Part shown: piece by piece, positions 30,078 through 41,136 of the stretch
Layout: each line of letters begins with the position of its first letter
Position numbering within the stretch: the first letter of the stretch is position 1
Origin: Fidelibacterota bacterium
GTDB lineage: Bacteria > Fidelibacterota > Marinisomatia > Marinisomatales > TCS55
DNA length: 64,000 nt
Reading direction: 5' to 3'
Assembly: GCA_018647265.1 (NCBI GenBank)
Contig: JABGTK010000004.1
Location: forward strand, 20,384 to 84,383
Notes under the pieces: generated by a model
The model's input: only the letters and a program-made list of their open reading frames with translations
Told to the model about the DNA's origin: nothing
Database searches by the model: none
Position numbers and translations under genes: made by a program

Positions 30078-31256
30078 ATGCTTAAATTTCTCCGAAAAAC
30101 TTTAGAAGCCAATGCCCATCGATTTGAAAAGGACGGCGCTTTAGAGAAATTATATCCCTTATTTGAAGCAACTGATACGATTCTTTTCAGTACGGATGAA
30201 GTGACGGAATCAGGTCCTCATATTCGTGATAGTGTTGATACAAAACGGGTGATGATACTGGTTGTCATGGCACTCATCCCATTATATATTTTTGGCGCTA
30301 TGAATGTAGGTGTTCAAAATGGTATCGCCACTGGAATCGAGCGCACCAATGGGGAAAACTTTTGGTTTGGTTTTGGAACAATTTTACCTATTATAATTAT
30401 CACCTTCACGACAGGTGCTTTTTGGGAAATTCTGTTTGCCATAGTTCGAAAGCATCCCATTAGTGAAGGCTTCTTAGTCACCTGTGCCTTGATTCCATTG
30501 GTGATGCCTGCATCCATTCCACTGTGGCAAGTATCCATTGCCACTACTTTTGGGATCGTGATTGGGAAAGAAATTTTTGGCGGTGTTGGGATGAATATTT
30601 TCAACCCTGCGTTGGTCGCTCGTGCATTTTTATTTTTTACCTATCCCGCACGAATCTCCGGTGATAAGGTTTGGGTGATCGGTCCAGACGGTTATTCCGG
30701 TGCAACTGCCTTAGCTGTACCAGCAGCAGAGGTTAATCAGAATGCTGAAGCATTGTTAAGTGGTGTGACTCAATTTGATTTTTCATGGTGGAATATGTTC
30801 ATAGGTTGGATTCCCGGTTCGATTGGTGAGACGAGTAAGCTTCTCATTATTTTTGGAGCATTATTCTTAGCTATTACCAAAATTGCCAACTGGCGCGTGA
30901 TGGCAGGAGCCCTGCTTGGATTATTTGGGACGGCATTTTTAACCAATCTAATGGCCTCATTTTCATCCAACACGATGCTGTCACTCCCGGGATATTACCA
31001 TTTGGTTATGGGTGGCTTCCTATTCGGAATGGCCTTTATGGCCACGGAACCTGTAACGGGATCTCATACCAATAAAGGTCGCTGGGTATATGGAATATTG
31101 TTTGGAATGCTTACTGTCATTGTAAGATCAATTAACCCTGCTTACCCAGAAGGAACAATGTTGGCAATCCTTTTACTTAACGCATTTGCGCCATTAATTG
31201 ACTGGTTTGTAATTCAAGGAAATATTAAACGAAGAGTTGCCCGATATGCGCAGTAA
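30078..31256 (+). CDS. nqrB: Na+-translocating NADH-quinone reductase subunit B
   Basis: Polytopic membrane protein with the FMN attachment motif region (GYSGATAL) and GKE.FGG.G.N.FNPAL. Confidence 0.92.
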   Translation: MLKFLRKTLEANAHRFEKDGALEKLYPLFEATDTILFSTDEVTESGPHIRDSVDTKRVMILVVMALIPLYIFGAMNVGVQNGIATGIERTNGENFWFGFGTILPIIIITFTTGAFWEILFAIVRKHPISEGFLVTCALIPLVMPASIPLWQVSIATTFGIVIGKEIFGGVGMNIFNPALVARAFLFFTYPARISGDKVWVIGPDGYSGATALAVPAAEVNQNAEALLSGVTQFDFSWWNMFIGWIPGSIGETSKLLIIFGALFLAITKIANWRVMAGALLGLFGTAFLTNLMASFSSNTMLSLPGYYHLVMGGFLFGMAFMATEPVTGSHTNKGRWVYGILFGMLTVIVRSINPAYPEGTMLAILLLNAFAPLIDWFVIQGNIKRRVARYAQ

Positions 31257-31962
31257 TTCGTATACACTAATCTTTACAACGGTAGTTACGGTAATCTTGG
31301 GTTTTTTCCTTTCCTTGGCTGCTTCAGCGCTTAAGGAGCAGCAGGATCTTAATATTGAAATTGATATTAAGAAAAACATTTTACGCTCGCTGGATTTCGC
31401 CCCTTCAGAAGAAAATCCCTGGACTCCAGAAACTGTCCAAACCATTTTTGATGATTACATTTCCGGTATCGTAGTAGATAATAATGGTGAAATAGTATTG
31501 GGGAAAACGCCGGAAGATATTAATTCTGATGTGGATGTTAATCTGCACCCAATTTATATAAAGACAATGAGTGGCAAGATCAATGGTTATGCCATTCCCA
31601 TTTCAGGTAAAGGTCTGTGGTCAACCCTTTATGGATATTTTGCCATTGAAGCAGATGGTGTCACTACTAAGGGGATCACATTTTATAAACATGGTGAAAC
31701 ACCTGGTTTAGGCGGTGAAGTGGAAAAACCCTGGTTCCAAAATAATTATAAGGGGAAGCGATTCATTGATAGCTCTGGAGAATTAATTGGAATTCAAGCG
31801 ATTAAAGGAAAAGTTGACCAGACATCATCGGAAGCATTCCACCAGGTAGATGGTATCTCCGGTGCCACCATGACCTCAAAAGGATTAAATAAATTTTTAC
31901 TCAAAGATCTGAAAACCTACGAACCTTTCTTTCGTCGGATTAGAAGTGGGGAGGGCGCCTAA
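31237..31962 (+). CDS. nqrC: Na+-translocating NADH-quinone reductase subunit C
   Basis: Single N-terminal TM, GLWS and ETPGLG motifs, FMN attachment site [10 protein letters not shown]. Confidence 0.92.
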   Translation: MPDMRSNSYTLIFTTVVTVILGFFLSLAASALKEQQDLNIEIDIKKNILRSLDFAPSEENPWTPETVQTIFDDYISGIVVDNNGEIVLGKTPEDINSDVDVNLHPIYIKTMSGKINGYAIPISGKGLWSTLYGYFAIEADGVTTKGITFYKHGETPGLGGEVEKPWFQNNYKGKRFIDSSGELIGIQAIKGKVDQTSSEAFHQVDGISGATMTSKGLNKFLLKDLKTYEPFFRRIRSGEGA

Positions 31963-32588
31963 TGGCTTTATTCAGTAAAAAATCAAAAGTAGTTCTCAAT
32001 GATCCGTTGATGAACAATAACCCCATCACGCTCCAGGTTTTGGGAATCTGTTCTGCTTTAGCGGTTACTGTAAAAATGGATACAGCTGTTGTTATGACCT
32101 TGGCAGTTGTGGCGGTATTATCTGTATCGAATACAGTCATTGCAATGCTCCGAAATTTTATCCCTTCTAAAGTGCGTATTATTGTTCAGTTAGCCGTTAT
32201 TGCTTCCTTGGTGATTTTGACCGATCAGATTCTCCAAGCTTACATGTATGATATAAGCAAACAGCTTTCTGTATTTGTTGGATTAATTATTACAAACTGT
32301 ATCGTTATGGGTAGGGCGGAAGCCTTTGCAATGCAGAATCCACCTGGTAAATCTTTTTTAGATGGGCTGGGTAATGGATTGGGTTATGGTATGATTCTCA
32401 TTGCCGTTTCTTTCTTCAGAGAATTATTGGGTAGTGGAACTGTTTTTGGATTCCAGATTATTCCCGATTCATTCTACGCTGCTGGTTATGAAAATATGGG
32501 ACTCATGGTATTGAGTCCTGGTGCATTTATTATTTTGGGACTTATTGTTTGGGTCCAGCGAATAGTGGCAAAGATAGAGGAGGATTAG
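31962..32588 (+). CDS. nqrD: Na+-translocating NADH-quinone reductase subunit D
   Basis: NqrD/RnfE family: NNP...QVLG.CSALAVT, LIITNCI.MGRAE.FA. Confidence 0.92.
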   Translation: MALFSKKSKVVLNDPLMNNNPITLQVLGICSALAVTVKMDTAVVMTLAVVAVLSVSNTVIAMLRNFIPSKVRIIVQLAVIASLVILTDQILQAYMYDISKQLSVFVGLIITNCIVMGRAEAFAMQNPPGKSFLDGLGNGLGYGMILIAVSFFRELLGSGTVFGFQIIPDSFYAAGYENMGLMVLSPGAFIILGLIVWVQRIVAKIEED

Positions 32589-32592
32589 ATTA

Positions 32593-33201
32593 ATGGAACA
32601 TTATATTAGCCTCTTGACTAAAGCAGTTTTTGTTGAAAATATTTTATTAGCTTACTTCTTAGGTATGTGTTCATTTTTGGCTATTTCTAAAAAAGTGGAT
32701 ACTTCTATCGGTTTGGGTTTAGCGGTCACATTTGTTCTGACCATTACGGCACCGGCGAACTGGGCTATTCATCATTATTTCCTTCAAAAAGGTGCCTTGA
32801 GTTGGGCCGGATTTCCAAATGTAGACTTAAGCTTTTTAAATTTCATTGTTTTCATCGCAGTAATTGCCGCCATGGTACAATTGGTAGAAATGATTATGGA
32901 TCGCTTTTCTTCAACACTTTACCATAATTTAGGAATATTCTTACCTTTGATTGCAGTAAACTGCTCCATATTGGGCGGATCATTATTTTTGGTTGAACGG
33001 GATTATACTTTCATAGAATCTACCGTATTTGGTTTTGGTTCTGGGTTAGGTTGGTTCTTGGCCATTGCATCTATGGCATCCATAAGATATAGACTTCGTT
33101 ATTCTAATGTGCCAGCAAAACTCCGTGGTTTAGGCATTACCATGCTTTTAACAGGATTGCTTTCAATGGCATTCATGGCATTTTCGGGGATTGACCTTTA
33201 A
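32593..33201 (+). CDS. nqrE: Na+-translocating NADH-quinone reductase subunit E
   Basis: NqrE/RnfA family: [31 protein letters not shown]. Confidence 0.92.
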   Translation: MEHYISLLTKAVFVENILLAYFLGMCSFLAISKKVDTSIGLGLAVTFVLTITAPANWAIHHYFLQKGALSWAGFPNVDLSFLNFIVFIAVIAAMVQLVEMIMDRFSSTLYHNLGIFLPLIAVNCSILGGSLFLVERDYTFIESTVFGFGSGLGWFLAIASMASIRYRLRYSNVPAKLRGLGITMLLTGLLSMAFMAFSGIDL

Positions 33202-34430
33202 TGGCTTTCACTATTCTGAGTATTTCTGTTTTTACCGGAGTAATCCTTGTTTTGGTACTCCTCCTGAATTTTGCAGAATCCAAATTGCTTCCTCAAGGTG
33301 ATGTAACCATTAAAATTAATGGGGATGATGACAAAGCAATTATCACTCGTCCCGGAGCGACACTTCTTTCAGCTTTAGCGAGCGAAAATATTTTTCTACC
33401 TTCCGCCTGTGGCGGTGGTGGCACTTGTGCCATGTGCAGATGTCAGGTGAATGAAGGGGGTGGCGGAATCTTACCAACAGAAACAGGCCATATTAATCGT
33501 AAGGATGCGAAGGACAATTGGCGCTTGGCATGCCAGGTTAAGATTAAAGAGAATATGGATATCCATGTTGCCGATGAAATATTTAATATCCGTAAATGGG
33601 AATGCAAAGTTCGCTCCAATAAAAATGTAGCCACATTTATTAAAGAATTGATTCTTGAACTTCCTGAAGGTGAAATCCTTGATTTTAAAGCGGGCGGCTA
33701 TATCCAGATTGATATTCCTGAGTATCAAAATATGAGTTTCAAAAATTTTGAAATTGAGGAGGAATATCATCCTGATTGGGATAAATATAATATTTGGGAT
33801 GTTACTGCTAATAATGATGATGATTGCTTTCGTGCATATTCTATGGCAAACCATCCTGCTGAAGGGAATATAGTTATGCTCAATGTGCGAATTGCTACAC
33901 CTCCACCAGCTTTATGGAATGACGTCCCGCCCGGAATTGCTTCATCATATATATTTAATTTGAAACCAGGAGATATGGTGACCATATCAGGTCCATTTGG
34001 TGAATTTTTTGCTAAAGATTCTAATCGTGAAATGGTATATATTGGTGGTGGTGCAGGGATGGCCCCTTTACGCAGCCATCTTTTTGATCTTTTGGACACA
34101 CAAAATACCGATCGAAAAATTTCATTCTACTATGGCGCTCGTTCCATGCGGGAAATGTTTTACCATGAAGATTTTCTCAGATTAGAAAGAGAACATCCAA
34201 ATTTCAAATATACGGTCGCATTATCCGAGCCTATGCCCGAAGATAATTGGGAAGGGGCTACCGGATTTATTCACCAAGCAGCTCATGATCTCTATTTGGA
34301 AGACCATGAAGATCCAACCGAAATCGAATATTATATGTGTGGTCCACCCATGATGATTGATGCAGTGGATAAGATGCTTTATGATTTGGGTGTAGAAGAT
34401 GAAATGATCGATTATGATAAATTTGGTTAA
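33201..34430 (+). CDS. nqrF: Na+-translocating NADH-quinone reductase subunit F
   Basis: N-terminal TM, 2Fe-2S motif ([12 protein letters not shown]), FAD motif (RAYSMAN), NAD-binding domain (GGGAGMAP). Confidence 0.93.
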   Translation: MAFTILSISVFTGVILVLVLLLNFAESKLLPQGDVTIKINGDDDKAIITRPGATLLSALASENIFLPSACGGGGTCAMCRCQVNEGGGGILPTETGHINRKDAKDNWRLACQVKIKENMDIHVADEIFNIRKWECKVRSNKNVATFIKELILELPEGEILDFKAGGYIQIDIPEYQNMSFKNFEIEEEYHPDWDKYNIWDVTANNDDDCFRAYSMANHPAEGNIVMLNVRIATPPPALWNDVPPGIASSYIFNLKPGDMVTISGPFGEFFAKDSNREMVYIGGGAGMAPLRSHLFDLLDTQNTDRKISFYYGARSMREMFYHEDFLRLEREHPNFKYTVALSEPMPEDNWEGATGFIHQAAHDLYLEDHEDPTEIEYYMCGPPMMIDAVDKMLYDLGVEDEMIDYDKFG

Positions 34431-35481
34431 ACAAAACAAGATTATAATTTTTAATAAAGCCCGACTTCTGTTGGGCTTTGTTACTATTGCAGGCCTATTG
34501 GGTTGCTCTCAGCCAAAGAAATATATGGAAATCCATGGCAATACAATGGGTACGACCTATTCCATTCGAATTGTTCCAAGTGCATCATTAGAATTAAACT
34601 TGGAAGAACTTCAGTTTGGCATGGATTCTATCCTGTCCAAAATTGATCGAGAAATGTCCACATATCGGTTGGATAGTGAAATTTCATTATTTAACAAATT
34701 AGGTCGCGGAATAGCACTCAATATTTCTGATGGATTTTCCACTGTCCTGAGTCGTGCCATTTATTGGGGAGAAAAAACCGAAGGTGCGCTGGATGTAACT
34801 GTATTGCCATCGGTCTTAGTTTGGCGTAGGGGGAAAGGAGATAGGGAATATCTTGAACAGTGGGAGCCGCCCACAGATCTAGAAGTTGTCGAGGCAATGG
34901 TGAAAGTTGGTTATAATGGAATCAACTTATCCCGTTCCACTTTAATAAAATCCCGAAAAGGACAAATGATAGATCTCAATGCCATTGCAAAAGGTTGGGG
35001 TGTCGATCAACTTTATGAATACATTCGTAATGCTGATGTTAAATATTTTATGGTAGAAATAGGTGGTGAAGTCCGAACAATGGGGAAAAATAATAAAGGA
35101 AAACAATGGAAGATTGGAATCGATAATCCTATGGTCGGTACCCTTCCTGGGGAAGAAATTTATTTGGTAGCATCCGTTACAAACCAAGCTATGGCCACCT
35201 CGGGGAATTACAGGAATTTTAAAGAATACGACAATGTAAAGTACTCCCATATTATTGATCCACGGACAGGTCGTCCCACCAAATCAAACATTGCGTCAGT
35301 TACAGTTATTGCAACAAGTTGTATGGATGCGGACGCTCTCGCAACTGCACTAAATGTTATGGAAGTGGAAAAAGGATTAGCATTGGTTGAATCATTAGAT
35401 GGATTCGAAGCATTATGGATCATAAATGAAAATGAAGAATTAAAGTCAGTGGCATCGTCTGGGATGCCAATCGTTAATTAG
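34414..35481 (+). CDS. apbE: FAD:protein FMN transferase ApbE (lipoprotein)
   Basis: Lipobox (LLGC), GT.Y.I, the MSTY...SE...N pattern, [24 protein letters not shown]. Position after nqrF. Confidence 0.88.
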   Translation: MINLVKQNKIIIFNKARLLLGFVTIAGLLGCSQPKKYMEIHGNTMGTTYSIRIVPSASLELNLEELQFGMDSILSKIDREMSTYRLDSEISLFNKLGRGIALNISDGFSTVLSRAIYWGEKTEGALDVTVLPSVLVWRRGKGDREYLEQWEPPTDLEVVEAMVKVGYNGINLSRSTLIKSRKGQMIDLNAIAKGWGVDQLYEYIRNADVKYFMVEIGGEVRTMGKNNKGKQWKIGIDNPMVGTLPGEEIYLVASVTNQAMATSGNYRNFKEYDNVKYSHIIDPRTGRPTKSNIASVTVIATSCMDADALATALNVMEVEKGLALVESLDGFEALWIINENEELKSVASSGMPIVN

Positions 35482-35487
35482 CTATTA

Positions 35488-35652
35488 TTACGGTTTCTGA
35501 GAGGGGTCATCACAAATTCCTCCGGTCAAGCAAACGCAATCACTGGCCACACCGCCACAAGATCCTTGCAGAGGCTTACGATTAAAAATTACACCAATGG
35601 ACATTCCCAAGACGGCCACACCGATAACTAAAATTGCGAAGAAAATTTGCAT
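35488..35652 (-). CDS. nqrM: (Na+)-NQR maturation protein NqrM-like
   Basis: Small single-TM protein with K.L.GSCGG followed by further Cys residues (DCVC..GIC). Start taken at the internal ATG (MQIFFAILVIG...) rather than the track start 35694. Convergent with apbE. Confidence 0.65.
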   Translation of the reverse strand: MQIFFAILVIGVAVLGMSIGVIFNRKPLQGSCGGVASDCVCLTGGICDDPSQKP

Positions 35653-35771
35653 GGTTAAATTTAATAAATTTTTTCGATTGAAAGTGCAAATCAAAAATTA
35701 GGATGGTTGTACTGAACCGTTTAATTTCAACGCTTATTGATTAACACATAACACCTAAATATACACTTCGA

Positions 35772-37172
35772 ATGAAAATACTAATCTCCATATTATTGTT
35801 ACCTGTCATGGCATTTGCTAGCGGCAGCAGTGGTACTCCCCATTTAGATGGGGCGAATTTATCCATATTATGGGTAATCCCATTTGCCGGAATTCTTTTG
35901 TCCATTGCTGGGTTTCCACTAGTGGCACCCCATTTTTGGCATCGAAATTTTGGAAAAATTTCTGCATTCTGGGCTTTATTATTAATTGTTCCATTTTTAT
36001 TTAGTGCTGGTTTTTCAGTCACGCTTTATGAACTCCTCCACGTAGGGTTACTGGAATACATTCCATTCATCATATTACTTTTGGCATTATTCACTATTTC
36101 CGGTGGTGTTCAGCTAACGGGATCGTTGGTGGGGAAACCCATTGTAAATACTGGCGTAATACTTATCGGTACAATTTTGGCAAGTTGGATGGGAACCACC
36201 GGTGCAGCAATGCTATTGATTCGTCCTCTTATTCGTGCCAATAAGGATAGACAGAATAAAGTCCATGTAATTGTATTCTTTATTTTTCTCGTGGCAAATA
36301 TTGGAGGGTCCCTGACGCCTCTTGGTGACCCGCCCCTGTTTCTGGGTTTCCTAAAAGGTGTGGATTTTTTCTGGACCACATCAGCCATGTTTGTACCCAT
36401 GCTCTTTATGGCTGTTTGTTTATTAGCTATCTTTTTTGCTTTTGATACATTTCTATACAATCGGGAAGAATCCCATCCTGCTCCAGTATCTCCTGAGAAA
36501 CTGGGTATTAAAGGATCATTAAACCTTTTATTATTGGTTGGCGTAATCGGTGGTGTTTTGTTGAGCGGTTTCTGGGATCCCCATATTTCTTTTGATGTTT
36601 ACCACGTTCATATGGAATTACAAAATATTGTTAGAGATATCCTTTTACTCGGCTTAACTGTTGCTAGTTGGAAAATGACGAGCCAAACCATTCGAGAAGC
36701 TAATGAGTATACTTGGTTTCCCATTGTAGAAGTGGCCAAACTTTTTGCCGGAATATTTATTACAATCATTCCCGCCATCGCCATATTAAAAGCCGGTACA
36801 GATGGTGCTCTATCTGCGGTGATTAATTCTGTTTCAAATGAGGCAGGACCCATTAATTATATGTATTTCTGGGCCACTGGAATTTTGTCCAGCTTTTTGG
36901 ATAATGCACCCACATATCTTGTGTTCTTCAATACTGCCGGAGGCGATCCTTCATTGCTCATGGGTGATTTGAGTCAAACTTTGTTGGCCATTTCAGCTGG
37001 TGCTGTTTTCATGGGAGCAAATACATATATAGGCAATGCGCCCAACTTTATGGTAAAATCTATTTCTGAATCATCGGGGATAGAAATGCCCTCCTTTTTC
37101 GGATACTTATTTAAATGGTCCATGCCCATTCTTATTCCATTGTTTCTTCTGGTTAGTTATATATTTTTCTGA
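35772..37172 (+). CDS. ArsB/NhaD-superfamily ion transporter (putative Na+/H+ antiporter)
   Basis: About 11-12 TM helices. The GG.LTP.GDPPLFLGF and FLDNAPTYLVF motifs recall sodium:proton antiporter / CitMHS-like permeases. Substrate not determinable. Confidence 0.55.
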   Translation: MKILISILLLPVMAFASGSSGTPHLDGANLSILWVIPFAGILLSIAGFPLVAPHFWHRNFGKISAFWALLLIVPFLFSAGFSVTLYELLHVGLLEYIPFIILLLALFTISGGVQLTGSLVGKPIVNTGVILIGTILASWMGTTGAAMLLIRPLIRANKDRQNKVHVIVFFIFLVANIGGSLTPLGDPPLFLGFLKGVDFFWTTSAMFVPMLFMAVCLLAIFFAFDTFLYNREESHPAPVSPEKLGIKGSLNLLLLVGVIGGVLLSGFWDPHISFDVYHVHMELQNIVRDILLLGLTVASWKMTSQTIREANEYTWFPIVEVAKLFAGIFITIIPAIAILKAGTDGALSAVINSVSNEAGPINYMYFWATGILSSFLDNAPTYLVFFNTAGGDPSLLMGDLSQTLLAISAGAVFMGANTYIGNAPNFMVKSISESSGIEMPSFFGYLFKWSMPILIPLFLLVSYIFF

Positions 37173-37175
37173 TTT

Positions 37176-37721
37176 ATGCGGATTTCAAAAGTCACCACTA
37201 AAACGGGAGATAAGGGGGGTACAGGATTAGGTGATGGAAAACGCGTTTCCAAAGACCATCCACATATAGTATTTCAAGGAGATCTGGATGAATTGAATTC
37301 TTTTTTAGGCTTGACCGTTACAGCTTGTAACGAAAAGGAATTGGTAACTGAACTAAAATCCATCCAACAGGATATATTTAATATAGGCGGTGAAGCATCA
37401 ATGCCCGGGACAGATATGGAATTATTTAGCAAAGACCGAATCAATATTTTAGAATCGTCTTTAGAAAAAATGAATAAATTTCTGCCACCATTAACAGAAT
37501 TTATTTTGCCCGGCGGGGATGAGTTGTCCGCAAGGATTCATGTGGTTCGGGCGGTTTGCCGAAGGGTGGAACGATCCTGCGTAACATTAATGGAAACAGG
37601 AACGGATGTAAAATTCTGGCTGATTTACCTCAACCGCCTCAGTGATTACTTTTTTGTTTTGGCAAGATTTATATCTCAGAATCATGGGGAAGGTGAAACT
37701 CTTTGGGAACGAAATAATTAA
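37176..37721 (+). CDS. ATP:cob(I)alamin adenosyltransferase, PduO type
   Basis: N-terminal KVTTKTGDKGGTGL..G.RVSK and the ILPGG....A..HV.R.VCRR.ER pattern. Confidence 0.85.
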   Translation: MRISKVTTKTGDKGGTGLGDGKRVSKDHPHIVFQGDLDELNSFLGLTVTACNEKELVTELKSIQQDIFNIGGEASMPGTDMELFSKDRINILESSLEKMNKFLPPLTEFILPGGDELSARIHVVRAVCRRVERSCVTLMETGTDVKFWLIYLNRLSDYFFVLARFISQNHGEGETLWERNN

Positions 37722-37742
37722 ATAATATTTAGTACTCTATCA

Positions 37743-37773
37743 TTGCTTAAAATCTAAAAAATATACCTAAATT
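37743..37773 (+). promoter_or_regulatory. Candidate promoter of nrnA (TTGCTT-N19-TAAATT)
   Basis: An exact CCTAAATTCG lies at 37766-37775, 16 nt upstream of the nrnA ATG, inside a 70-nt gap. Confidence 0.35.
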
Positions 37774-37791
37774 CGCGGTCTTAAAAACATC

Positions 37792-38796
37792 ATGTTAGAC
37801 TGGAAATCATTACATAAAACAATAGACGGTGTGGAAAGGATTTTACTCTCCACCCATGAAAACCCTGACGGGGATGGACTCGGTAGTGCCTGCGCCATGT
37901 ATCATTACCTCAAAAGCCAGGGAAAAGATTGCCGTCTCATCCAAATTTCTGACCTCCCCTATGAATATGAATTTTTAAATGGAGGTGAGATTATTGAAAC
38001 ATACCGGTCTGACATTCATGATGATTGGATTTCTCAAGTAGATTTGGCCTTAATCTTTGATGTGGGCGATTACCGCCGTATGAGACAAATCGGTGATGAA
38101 TTAGAATCCAACAAAATTCATGTTGTTAATATTGATCATCATCCCGATTTAAGCGATGGGCGTTTTGCCGAAAATTTTATCAATATTAAAGCGGCAGCCA
38201 CCGGTGAAATGGTTTACGATTTTATGCAGGCTGGCAATGTGCCTCTAACGAATGAAATTGCGGTCGGCATATATACCGGCGTTATGACGGATACAGGCTC
38301 ATTTTGCTATAGCAATACGAATCAAAAATGTCACAAGATTGCCATGGAATGTATCGCAGAAGGCGTGAATACATCGGCGATTTACCAGTCTGTATATGAG
38401 AGCAGTTCCAAAGGGCGAGTAGCTTTGCTAGGTCTTATACTGAATAAACTTCAATATAATGAAACAGGCGAATTGGCCTGGTTTACCATTGACCAAACTA
38501 TGATGGATGAGGCTGGGGCCAACAAAAAAGATGTGGACGGCTTTACTGATTTTGTCCGCACTATCCGCGGTGTAGAGGTGGCGGTCATGATCTTTCAAAA
38601 TTCCGAGAACACTTGCCGGATTAATCTTCGTTCCAAAGGAAAATATGTCATTAATGAAATTGCCAAAGCAATGGGCGGTGGTGGACATAAATTAGCTGCC
38701 GGCGCTGTAGCAGAGGGTTCTCTGGACGAAGTACTTCCAAAAGTATTAGCTGAAACTCGGGCTGTACTGGCGCAACAGAATGGGTATCATGAATGA
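37792..38796 (+). CDS. nrnA: DHH-family phosphoesterase NrnA (oligoribonuclease / pAp phosphatase)
   Basis: HENPDGDGLGS, DHH (IDHHP), DTG.F.YSNT, and GGGH motifs in the DHHA1 domain. Confidence 0.82.
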   Translation: MLDWKSLHKTIDGVERILLSTHENPDGDGLGSACAMYHYLKSQGKDCRLIQISDLPYEYEFLNGGEIIETYRSDIHDDWISQVDLALIFDVGDYRRMRQIGDELESNKIHVVNIDHHPDLSDGRFAENFINIKAAATGEMVYDFMQAGNVPLTNEIAVGIYTGVMTDTGSFCYSNTNQKCHKIAMECIAEGVNTSAIYQSVYESSSKGRVALLGLILNKLQYNETGELAWFTIDQTMMDEAGANKKDVDGFTDFVRTIRGVEVAVMIFQNSENTCRINLRSKGKYVINEIAKAMGGGGHKLAAGAVAEGSLDEVLPKVLAETRAVLAQQNGYHE

Positions 38797-39653
38797 AAAT
38801 AATATTGGCTAAAGATGCGGGTTATTGTTTCGGCGTGAGGGATGCGGTCAATCTGGCATTCGATACAACGGAGAAATATGGCGATGTATATATGCTCGGT
38901 CACATCGTCCATAATGAGAATGTGGTCAAAGATTTAGATGATTCAGGTGCAAAAGTTGTGGATTCACTTGATGACGTACCTGAAGGCAAATCGATCCTTT
39001 TTCGCGCTCATGGTACTGCGGTAGATACGTGGGGAGAGGCCAATTCCAAAGATATGAATATCGTGGATGCCACTTGTCCGTTAGTGTTAGAGATCCATGA
39101 AGAAGTAAAAAAATTGGAAGCAGAAGGTCGTAAGATCATTATTGTGGGTGACCACGGGCATGATGAGGTTGTGGGTATTGCCAGCCAAGTTAAAGACCCT
39201 ATAATTGTGGCCACACCAGAAGAAGCGGAAGCATTGCGGAAAACAAAACGAGCCGGTGTGGTTAGTCAATCCACCCAAACTATTGAAAATGTGCAAGAAA
39301 TTATTAATATAATCATGACCAAGGTTTTTGACCTCCGGTTTGTGAATACGATTTGTTTCCCAACAAAGCGGAACCAAAGTCAGATTAAAGAATTAGCAAG
39401 GCAATGCGATGCCATGATTGTTATTGGATCATTCACAAGCGCCAATTCAAATCGTCTCACCGCTTTAGCTAAAGAAAGAAATGAAAGATCATACCAAGTT
39501 ACTTGCGCAGAGGAGATTGATCCTAAATGGATAGAAGGTGTAGAAGCGGTTGGTGTATCCGCCGGCGCTAGTACACCGGATAATATTATTGACGAAGTTT
39601 TAACTAAAATTAAAGAAATTGGGAAAGTCCCAGAGGAGATTGTATATGGCTGA
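38793..39653 (+). CDS. ispH: 4-hydroxy-3-methylbut-2-enyl diphosphate reductase
   Basis: GYCFGV..AV, ATCPLV, the HDEV.G pattern, SANSNRL, and the GASTP pattern. Confidence 0.9.
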   Translation: MKIILAKDAGYCFGVRDAVNLAFDTTEKYGDVYMLGHIVHNENVVKDLDDSGAKVVDSLDDVPEGKSILFRAHGTAVDTWGEANSKDMNIVDATCPLVLEIHEEVKKLEAEGRKIIIVGDHGHDEVVGIASQVKDPIIVATPEEAEALRKTKRAGVVSQSTQTIENVQEIINIIMTKVFDLRFVNTICFPTKRNQSQIKELARQCDAMIVIGSFTSANSNRLTALAKERNERSYQVTCAEEIDPKWIEGVEAVGVSAGASTPDNIIDEVLTKIKEIGKVPEEIVYG

Positions 39654-40530
39654 TATAGGTTCATTCGAAGTAAAAGTCGGTTTAGCCGAAATGTTAAAAG
39701 GTGGTGTCATCATGGATGTGATGAACGCGGATCAGGCAAAAATAGCAGAAGATGCTGGCGCCGTTGCGGTGATGGCGTTAGAGCGAATCCCTGCATTGAT
39801 CCGGAAGGAAGGCGGTATATCCCGTGCCAGTGATCCCCAGATGATTAAGGATATTCAAGCAACTGTATCAATCCCGGTAATGGCAAAAGTTCGTATTGGC
39901 CACTTTGTAGAAGCGCAGATACTGGAAGCGCTAGAAGTTGATTTTGTTGACGAAAGTGAAGTCCTCACACCTGCCGATGAACATAACCATATTTGGAAAA
40001 GTGATTTTAAAGTTCCCTTCGTTTGCGGTTGCCGAAACTTGGGTGAAGCACTGCGGCGGATCGGCGAAGGTGCGGCAATGATTCGGACCAAAGGTGAAGC
40101 AGGAAGCGGAAATATTGTTGAAGCAGTTCGCCATATGCGTCAGGTTCAAAGTGATATGAAGAAATTAACAGTTATGAATCAAGATGAACTTATGGCAGCA
40201 GCCAAAGATATGGGCGCACCATTTGAATTAGTCCAGCAAGTAGCTAAACTAGGTAAATTACCGGTTCCAAATTTTGCCGCCGGTGGCATTGCCACTCCCG
40301 CTGATGCATCTCTTATGATGCAGTTGGGAGCAGAGACAGTTTTTGTTGGTTCAGGTATTTTCATGAGTGATGATCCAGCGCCAAGAGCAAGAGCAATTGT
40401 GGATGCAGTGACTTACTACAAAGATCCCGCCAAACTTGTTGAAATTTCCACTGGTCTTCAAGCAGCCATGAAGGGTTTAGATATGGCTGAAATTCCTAAG
40501 GGAGAGCGTCTCCAGGAAAGAGGTTGGTAG
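39646..40530 (+). CDS. pdxS: Pyridoxal 5'-phosphate synthase subunit PdxS
   Basis: [14 protein letters not shown]...[23 protein letters not shown], ending in ...ERGW. Start placed at ATG 39646, an 8-nt overlap with ispH. Confidence 0.93.
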   Translation: MADIGSFEVKVGLAEMLKGGVIMDVMNADQAKIAEDAGAVAVMALERIPALIRKEGGISRASDPQMIKDIQATVSIPVMAKVRIGHFVEAQILEALEVDFVDESEVLTPADEHNHIWKSDFKVPFVCGCRNLGEALRRIGEGAAMIRTKGEAGSGNIVEAVRHMRQVQSDMKKLTVMNQDELMAAAKDMGAPFELVQQVAKLGKLPVPNFAAGGIATPADASLMMQLGAETVFVGSGIFMSDDPAPRARAIVDAVTYYKDPAKLVEISTGLQAAMKGLDMAEIPKGERLQERGW

Positions 40531-40554
40531 GGAAGTGGGGCTTCCAATTTTAAT

Positions 40555-41136
40555 ATGATTGGTGTCCTAGCATTGCAGGGGGATTATGCAAAACATATTC
40601 AGATATTGAATATGCTCCAAATTCCTGCAAAAGAAATTCGCTATCCCAGTGAACTTGTTGAGATTAAAGGATTGGTCATTCCTGGCGGAGAATCATCAAC
40701 TATGACCGATTTAATGAAGCGAATTGGTTTCCACGAACCATTGAGAAATTTCGCAAAAAAATATCCAATTTTGGGCACATGTGCCGGGTTGATTATGATG
40801 TCCTCAACGGCGCCTGATTCAAAGGTGGAACCTCTAAATGTCTTGGATGTTGAAGTGGATCGGAATGGATACGGGAGGCAAATCCATTCTTTTACAAAAG
40901 AATTACCAGTTCAATTAAACGGGACAGTCACTGAAGTTCCGGCTACTTTTATTCGTGCGCCGAAAATTACAAAAGTAAATAATGGTGTTGAAATTATTAG
41001 TGAATATAAAGGTAATCCTGTGGCAGTGAAACAAGGCCACCACCTTGGATTATCGTTTCATCCTGAATTGGATGGCATCACTATTTTTCACAATTATATT
41101 TTTAAAAAACAATTTCAAAAAACATATGCAGCTTAG
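40555..41136 (+). CDS. pdxT: Pyridoxal 5'-phosphate synthase glutaminase subunit PdxT
   Basis: IGVLALQGD, PGGESTT-like (PGGESST), GTCAG catalytic Cys, FHPEL. Confidence 0.9.
   Translation: MIGVLALQGDYAKHIQILNMLQIPAKEIRYPSELVEIKGLVIPGGESSTMTDLMKRIGFHEPLRNFAKKYPILGTCAGLIMMSSTAPDSKVEPLNVLDVEVDRNGYGRQIHSFTKELPVQLNGTVTEVPATFIRAPKITKVNNGVEIISEYKGNPVAVKQGHHLGLSFHPELDGITIFHNYIFKKQFQKTYAA

Noticed and set aside
41045-41125. N-terminal extension of dxs in the ORF track (and similarly 39619-39645 for pdxS, 46442-46474 for ccmE, 48804-48869 for the small ccm gene)
   Set aside because: The extensions overlap the preceding genes and do not match the family N-termini. Internal ATGs give the expected protein starts.
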